A DNA stretch of 59,259 bases from a virus (Duplodnaviria > Caudoviricetes): positions 1 to 59,259 of the IMG/VR virus record IMGVR_UViG_3300045738_001587; one strand, 5' to 3'. Positions within the stretch are counted from its first letter, which is position 1. Each line of letters begins with the position of its first letter. The translations under genes and the position numbers were made by a program. This document shows, piece after piece, positions 54,140 to 59,259 of this stretch. The notes beneath the pieces are model-generated. The model ran no database searches, was not told where the DNA came from, and saw only the letters and a program-made list of their open reading frames with translations.

Positions 54140-55278
54140 AAATGACAGTTAAGTTCAATAATTTAAACGCCCAGTGGCAAGTCATTAAAGGCAAGTGCTT
54201 ACCCGCAATTAATGGTCTATTTGAAAAATCCGATTTTATACTTGGTGACGCCGTAAGCGAGTTTGAAGAAATGTTTGCAAGCTATGTTGGATGCAAATAC
54301 GCAGTCGGTGTATCAAACGGAACTGACGCACTAAAGCTGGCCGCTCAGTCCCTCGCAATTCAGGGCAGCAAAACTTTGTTTGTTATACCGGCCAACGCGT
54401 TCATTGCAACCATTATGGGAATTGAACAAGCGGCCCCAAATGCAGACTATAGATTAATAGACTGCAATGAATATCACCAAATAGACACCATCCAATTAGA
54501 ATGGCTCTTGGCAACAGAAAGAAAGGACTATGACTATGTTGTTATTGTTCCTGTGCATCTATATGGGTATACATGCGACATGGGAAAAATCTGCGAACTG
54601 GCAGACAGGTTTGACTGCGCCATATTAGAGGATGCGTCTCAGGCTCATGGGGCCAAATGGAAAGGGAGGCCCGTTGGAAGCTTTGGGGACGTTGCCGCCT
54701 TCTCCCTGTGTCCGGGGAAAAATCTTGGCGCAGCAGGTGACGCTGGAGTGATAACCACAGACGACAGAAGAGCCTACATCATCCTTCAATCGCTACGAAA
54801 CCTAGGCTCGCGGAAAAAGAATGAACATAATATTTGTGGAGGAAATCATAGGCTAGACACTATTCAGGCCGTCATATTAAAAGAAAAAATGAATTATATT
54901 GATTTGTGGAATGAGGAGCGCAGGCAGGTAGCTAACCAGTACGAGGCAAAAATCAAAAACAAAAACATAGTCCTTCCCTCTACGCCAAAGTGGTGCGAAC
55001 CAGTTCATTATGTGTATCCAGTCAAGGCTGACAACAGAAAGCGGTTTACTGAATATCTCGATAAAAATGGGGTTCAATGGGGCGTCCACTATCCAAGGTG
55101 CATAGAGGAAACGCCAATGTACAGACACTTGATTAGAGTTGGCGAAGATTCCAACAAGCTGTCGGGGCCAAATTACAGAGCCCTTCAGTATAGCAACGAA
55201 ATGGTCAGCCTTCCTATTCATCCATTTATGGGGCCTGAGGTAGATATCGTATGCGAGGTAATTAATGAATACAAATAG
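54136..55278 (+). CDS. DegT/DnrJ/EryC1/StrS sugar aminotransferase
   Basis: VSNGTDAL, PVHLYG, EDASQAHGA, S..PGKNLGA.GDAG, N.RLD.IQA, SLPIHP. Confidence 0.93.
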   Translation: MKMTVKFNNLNAQWQVIKGKCLPAINGLFEKSDFILGDAVSEFEEMFASYVGCKYAVGVSNGTDALKLAAQSLAIQGSKTLFVIPANAFIATIMGIEQAAPNADYRLIDCNEYHQIDTIQLEWLLATERKDYDYVVIVPVHLYGYTCDMGKICELADRFDCAILEDASQAHGAKWKGRPVGSFGDVAAFSLCPGKNLGAAGDAGVITTDDRRAYIILQSLRNLGSRKKNEHNICGGNHRLDTIQAVILKEKMNYIDLWNEERRQVANQYEAKIKNKNIVLPSTPKWCEPVHYVYPVKADNRKRFTEYLDKNGVQWGVHYPRCIEETPMYRHLIRVGEDSNKLSGPNYRALQYSNEMVSLPIHPFMGPEVDIVCEVINEYK

Positions 55279-55314
55279 AACACAATTAACTTCTTGAGAA
55301 AAGGAACTACAAAC

Positions 55315-56235
55315 ATGAAAAGAGTACTACTGACTGGGGCAAATGGATTTGTAGGCTCCAACGTTTACATGAGACTAAAGAGCAGATTCAACATCATCCC
55401 CGCTCATAGCATAGACCTAAGATCGGAACTTGTGTGCAGGAAAACTATCGAAAACAGCCATTGTGATGTTATCGTCCACACCGCAGGCAAGGTTGGCGGC
55501 ATTGGGGCCAACGGCAGGAATCCCGGCAGGTTCTTCTATGACAATATGTTAATGGGATTGAACATGATTGAACACGCCCGTCAAGTAGGCGTGGATAAAT
55601 TTATCATGCTAGGAACAGTATGTTCATATCCCAAGCTAACGCCGGTTCCCTTTAGTGAGAGCGAAATATGGAATGGGTATCCAGAGGAAACAAACGCCCC
55701 TTATGGAATAGCGAAAAAGGCGCTAATGGAAATGATTTCTGCATACCACAAGCAGTACAACTTTCCCGGAGTTAATCTAATCCCCGTAAATATGTACGGC
55801 CCACACGATCATTTCAATCTAACAGACAGCCATGTCATACCCGCCCTCATCACAAAGATTGACCAAGCCAAGAAGAACGGCGATGAGTCGATAAAGGTGT
55901 GGGGAACGGGTGAAGCCTCAAGGGAATTTCTTTTTGTTGGCGACTTTGCTGAAGCGGTGGGGCAAGCAATAGATGTTGAGGTCGGGCCTGAGCCAATCAA
56001 TATCGGGACGGGCAAGGAGATCAAAATATCAGAGCTTGTAGAAAAAATTTGCAGCATACTAGGGTATGACGGAGAAATTCTTTATGACACATCTAAGCCG
56101 GACGGTCAGCCCAGAAGATGTTTAGATGTAACGAGAGCCAAGGATCTTCTTGGGTTTGAAGCTTTAACGAATCTTGACCAAGGGCTAGAACAGACAATTG
56201 AGTTTTACAATCTCAAGAAGGGGGAAGAAGAATGA
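55315..56235 (+). CDS. fcl: GDP-L-fucose synthase
   Basis: TGANGFVG, A.KVGGI.AN, GTVCSYPK, YGIAK, SHVIPALI, WGTG.ASREFL, KPDGQPRRCLD. Confidence 0.93.
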   Translation: MKRVLLTGANGFVGSNVYMRLKSRFNIIPAHSIDLRSELVCRKTIENSHCDVIVHTAGKVGGIGANGRNPGRFFYDNMLMGLNMIEHARQVGVDKFIMLGTVCSYPKLTPVPFSESEIWNGYPEETNAPYGIAKKALMEMISAYHKQYNFPGVNLIPVNMYGPHDHFNLTDSHVIPALITKIDQAKKNGDESIKVWGTGEASREFLFVGDFAEAVGQAIDVEVGPEPINIGTGKEIKISELVEKICSILGYDGEILYDTSKPDGQPRRCLDVTRAKDLLGFEALTNLDQGLEQTIEFYNLKKGEEE

Positions 56236-56678
56236 ATTTAGGTGTTTATGTAATTCAGAACAGTGAAAACGAACAGACAACAAATATAGCAAAGAACCTA
56301 AACGAGGGAATCAGCGAAGGGCTTCTGTCCGACGCTTCTTTGTTCTATGATGTCGTGGGGCCGAATAGTCTTAAGTATAATTTTGGGGCATTTAACTCTA
56401 CAGACATATGGAACTTTTCAGGCGACCTGATAACCACAGATGTACAGTCCACAATGAAAGCCATCAGTACTGTAAACAAGTTTAGGTTGCTGTTTTATTT
56501 TGGATGGGAAAAGGCACAAGACGTAATGGGATTGATACACATTGTAAACAACCCAAATGTGAAAACCATATGTACCAACGAGGAGACGGCAAAAGAGCTA
56601 ACTAGGCTAACCGCCAAAAAGCCGTTGGGCATCGTGAACAACTTTAATATTAAAGACATCATAAAGGTGATAAAATGA
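56232..56678 (+). CDS. Hypothetical protein
   Basis: ATGA-coupled at both ends; 148 aa. Confidence 0.7.
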   Translation: MNLGVYVIQNSENEQTTNIAKNLNEGISEGLLSDASLFYDVVGPNSLKYNFGAFNSTDIWNFSGDLITTDVQSTMKAISTVNKFRLLFYFGWEKAQDVMGLIHIVNNPNVKTICTNEETAKELTRLTAKKPLGIVNNFNIKDIIKVIK

Positions 56679-57439
56679 ACGAGAAGACAGTAGTTGATTT
56701 ATATGAAGAGGGAAGCAGCACGTATCAGATAGCAGAGCGATTTAGCACGTATCCAAACAAGATTAGGCGGATATTATCCAAGAACGGAGTGGCGCTAAAG
56801 AGCCGTAGTCAGGCGCAAAAGAACGCGCTTGTTAGTGGTAGGGCAAAGCACCCAACCGTAGGAAAGACTAGGACTAAAGAAGAAAGGCTCAAGATTGGCT
56901 CGTCCGTTGAGAATTATTGGGCTAAAATGGGCGATGGTGAATATAACAAAAGGTGCGAGGACGCCAGAGATCGTTGGTATAGTATGCCAGACGAAGAAAG
57001 AGACAGGATTTGCAGCATGGCTATTAAGGCCATACAAAAAGCTGGCAAGGAAGGGTCAAAGCTTGAAAAATTTATTTTGGAATCGCTATCTTCAGCAGGG
57101 TATTCAGTGGAATTCCATAAAAAAAATCTGATTCCCAATCAAAATATGGAAATAGATTTGTATATTCCATCCCATAAGACTATTATAGAGATAGACGGGC
57201 CTTCTCATTTTCTTCCAATTTGGGGGGAAGAAAAGCTGAACAAACAAGTAAAGTCTGACAGCCAGAAAACTGGTTTGATTCTCAGTAAGGGTTTTATTAT
57301 AATCCGCGTGAAGAACTTGTCTGACTTTTTGTCACTTAATAGTAAGGAGAATCTTTTTAAAGACATTGTTGAACAATTAGAAAGCATTGACAAGAAATTT
57401 CCCATTGAATCGAAAAGGTATATTGAAATTACATTATGA
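56675..57439 (+). CDS. HTH + NUMOD3-like + DUF559/Vsr endonuclease (homing-endonuclease-like)
   Basis: Y..G.S..QIA HTH, G..RT.E.R.KI, S.LE, EIDLYIP....IEIDG..H, D..K. Confidence 0.7.
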   Translation: MNEKTVVDLYEEGSSTYQIAERFSTYPNKIRRILSKNGVALKSRSQAQKNALVSGRAKHPTVGKTRTKEERLKIGSSVENYWAKMGDGEYNKRCEDARDRWYSMPDEERDRICSMAIKAIQKAGKEGSKLEKFILESLSSAGYSVEFHKKNLIPNQNMEIDLYIPSHKTIIEIDGPSHFLPIWGEEKLNKQVKSDSQKTGLILSKGFIIIRVKNLSDFLSLNSKENLFKDIVEQLESIDKKFPIESKRYIEITL

Positions 57440-58200
57440 ATAACCATGAAGAACAAGATATGTTTGAAACCGTTGAACTTGAATCGCCGCAAGACGTAGA
57501 TACGTCCGTTACGGATATCATAGAATCGGACACGCCCTCAATCACTGATCCAGAATGGAGCGACTATGTGATGGGGTTGTTCGCTGACAATGAATTGTAC
57601 GACGGCAATCCGCTGGTTGCTGGTCTCAGGCGCGTGGCGGAAATTATTATTGGCCCAGTTGTGTTTAGCGGGCCTACTCAAGTTTTCCCACCACAGAGAG
57701 ACGATCATCACGGTCGTGCCACTGTAGTGTTTACTGTTGAGTTTGAAAATGGCGTGAGATATTCTGAGGTTGCAGACTGCTGGGAAGGAAACACAGACGA
57801 TATGTTCTGTGCTTATGCCGTTGCAACTGCAAGCACGCGGGCTGAAGGTAGGGCTTTGCGAAAAGCTTTGCGTATCAAGGCAGTCGCGGCTGAAGAAATG
57901 ACAAAGAAGGACACGGCGCAGATTGTTCGTGACCTTTCTAATAAGAAGGACACCTCAGACGGTGGCTACGACGATCAGGGCCGCATGTCAGAAGCACAAT
58001 ACAACTTTATTGATGTAAAGTGCCGACAGCTAAACGTCAATGGTGAAAAATTGTTTAAGGATGTATTCAAAGCTGATAATAATCGTAAGGTGTCTAAGAA
58101 GGTAGCCAGCGATATTATTGACACGCTAAATGAATACCAACGCGATAAAGATACTATTCCAGAAAATGTTTTAGGTTATGCAGAGGAGTGGCGAAGCTAA
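57436..58200 (+). CDS. Putative Rad52/Sak-like ssDNA annealing protein
   Basis: GL.R.A, beta-rich core, ATASTRAEGRALRKAL....AEE, C-terminal SEAQ..FI helical module. Confidence 0.5.
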   Translation: MNNHEEQDMFETVELESPQDVDTSVTDIIESDTPSITDPEWSDYVMGLFADNELYDGNPLVAGLRRVAEIIIGPVVFSGPTQVFPPQRDDHHGRATVVFTVEFENGVRYSEVADCWEGNTDDMFCAYAVATASTRAEGRALRKALRIKAVAAEEMTKKDTAQIVRDLSNKKDTSDGGYDDQGRMSEAQYNFIDVKCRQLNVNGEKLFKDVFKADNNRKVSKKVASDIIDTLNEYQRDKDTIPENVLGYAEEWRS

Positions 58201-58535
58201 TGAAAGTAATTTATACTACACAAAATGGCAACATCAGTGCGGAGATTGAAGGTGATTCTCATAGGGACATCTTTGAGCAGATAAGCAGGTTCCAAGAGGT
58301 TTTTGAGCAGAACGCCTGTGGAAAATGCGAAAGCGAAGATATCAAGTTTGTAATGAGAACAGTAGAAGACAATCAGTATTTTGAGCTGAGGTGTGCAAAC
58401 TGTGGAGCAAGGCTCTCGTTTGGTGCAAACAAGAAAGGCGGTGGTCTATTTCCGAGGCGTAAGGATAGCGACGGAAGCTGGCTCCCCGATTCTGGGTGGG
58501 TCAAATGGAACCCCAAGACTGAAAAGAACGAGTAG
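58200..58535 (+). CDS. Zn-ribbon hypothetical protein
   Basis: TAATG coupling; CGKC...CANC. Confidence 0.7.
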   Translation: MKVIYTTQNGNISAEIEGDSHRDIFEQISRFQEVFEQNACGKCESEDIKFVMRTVEDNQYFELRCANCGARLSFGANKKGGGLFPRRKDSDGSWLPDSGWVKWNPKTEKNE

Positions 58536-58553
58536 GCAATCTATAGTTTGTGC

Positions 58554-58596
58554 AAAAAAGAAAGCCCCTTTCCTAGTGGATTGGGGCTTTCGCTTT
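58554..58596. terminator. Bidirectional intrinsic terminator between convergent genes
   Basis: A6 run, then GAAAGCCCC (58560-58568)/GGGGCTTTC (58583-58591) stem. Confidence 0.8.
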
Positions 58597-58619
58597 GGGG
58601 TTGTATATTTAAATTGCCT

Positions 58620-58730
58620 TTAAAAAATGCTTGCCCACCATCCTCTGGACATACCAAGGAAATATACACCAACCGCAATGACAACAGCTACTAAAGGTTT
58701 TCTTTTAAGTAAATCTAAAAGTTTCGACAT
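58620..58730 (-). CDS. 36-aa single-TM protein (not in ORF track)
   Basis: AAGGAG RBS; MSKLLDLLKRKPLVAVVIAVGVYFLGMSRGWWASIF. Confidence 0.65.
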   Translation of the reverse strand: MSKLLDLLKRKPLVAVVIAVGVYFLGMSRGWWASIF

Positions 58731-58750
58731 TTTACTGTCTCCTTAAATTG

Positions 58751-59259
58751 CTACTTAGTAATTCTAATAAGAAACGGAAATTCGTCTAGTTCAGTATCCG
58801 AACTTTTTCCCTCGTCATTTTTATCTGATTTATCTGCTTCTCCTTCAACAGGAAGTGAGAGTATGTCAATTAATTTTGGGACATCTTCGCTTGCATCCAA
58901 AGCCCACAAAACATCATTTTTTACTGCCCACTCGTGCATACGTCTCACGGGTACTATAAAATTAAATCCTTCGCCAGCGCCTCTTACGAGCATACCTACA
59001 TACTTGCCGCTGTTCTCGTTGTCGCCGCGTTCAGACAAGAACACGCCGCCACCGCTGGAACCCGGAAACGCCGTTACTGTTGTTTGATCGAACACAACGC
59101 CATCACCAGTGCCAAGGCTAAGCACTCTGCCCACCTTGGACATGATTCCACGGGTCATAGAGTTAGCGCCCTGCAACCCAAGAAGAGAGCCAACGTGGTA
59201 CAACTCTGTACCAATAGGCGTAATCTTGTCCCCACCCAAGAAAAACACTGTATCTTCAT
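58751..59259 (-). CDS. Trypsin-like serine protease, C-terminal part (5' end outside window)
   Basis: VGS..G....S.T.GI.S, Q......PGSSGGGVF, VG. Confidence 0.85.
   Translation of the reverse strand, partial: EDTVFFLGGDKITPIGTELYHVGSLLGLQGANSMTRGIMSKVGRVLSLGTGDGVVFDQTTVTAFPGSSGGGVFLSERGDNENSGKYVGMLVRGAGEGFNFIVPVRRMHEWAVKNDVLWALDASEDVPKLIDILSLPVEGEADKSDKNDEGKSSDTELDEFPFLIRITK

Larger units (their letters stand above)
1..59259. mobile_element. Segment of a large dsDNA bacteriophage genome (replication, nucleotide metabolism and glycosylation region); likely Planctomycetota host
   Basis: Tightly overlapped co-directional genes, many small hypotheticals, CCA-less tRNAs, the PhoH/NrdAB/dUTPase/dNMP kinase/RecA/DnaB/DnaG/DnaE set, a holin-like gene and no ribosomal or housekeeping operons. 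No capsid or terminase gene is in the window. Host inferred from DUF1501 and other planctomycete-type genes. Confidence 0.85.

Noticed and set aside
58-57492. Numerous minus-strand ORFs of 60-145 aa
   Set aside because: All are antisense shadows of well-supported + strand genes with no recognisable motifs
58393-59087. + strand ORFs 58393-58623 and 58863-59087
   Set aside because: The first overlaps a real gene out of frame and crosses the terminator; the second is antisense to the serine protease
1-59259. CRISPR array or Cas operon (prompted by the Cas4-like nuclease)
   Set aside because: No regularly spaced direct repeats and no cas1/cas2 or effector genes seen
1-59259. Genome-wide TAG recoding
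   Set aside because: Long genes are intact in the standard code and TAG ends several at sensible positions (e.g. 2407, 32689, 40951); only one suspicious in-frame TAG was found
1-59259. Cellular chromosome or archaeal virus origin
   Set aside because: Gene order and density are phage-like and the replication and transcription genes are bacterial type; not formally excluded because no capsid or terminase gene is in the window

Overview
A 59-kb, gene-dense segment, almost all on the + strand, most consistent with a large lytic dsDNA bacteriophage. It carries three CCA-less tRNAs, nucleotide-metabolism genes (dCMP deaminase, NrdAB, dUTPase, dNMP kinase), PhoH, a sigma-70-like factor and a replisome/recombination module (RecA, DnaB, DnaG, two SSBs, nucleases, DnaE). 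It also has roughly 25 sugar-biosynthesis and glycosyltransferase genes in three blocks. DUF1501, a PHA_gran_rgn-like gene and a planctomycete-type secretin motif point to a Planctomycetota host (inference). The most notable items are: (1) an intein-less, split DnaE with an eroded PHP domain and a DEDDh exonuclease gene nested between the halves; (2) an island of cell-derived genes with Tat-exported DUF1501, an A-type Fe-S carrier, an archaeal-type GAPDH and an exported secretin-like fragment; (3) a membrane-anchored orphan PAS protein beside a holin-like gene; (4) tRNA-Ile(UAU); (5) a sialyltransferase-like/radical SAM cassette between nrdA and nrdB; (6) a repeated intergenic ~53-bp element and several tiny coupled ORFs at gene junctions. 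All protein calls come from motif recognition by eye; no database searches were run.
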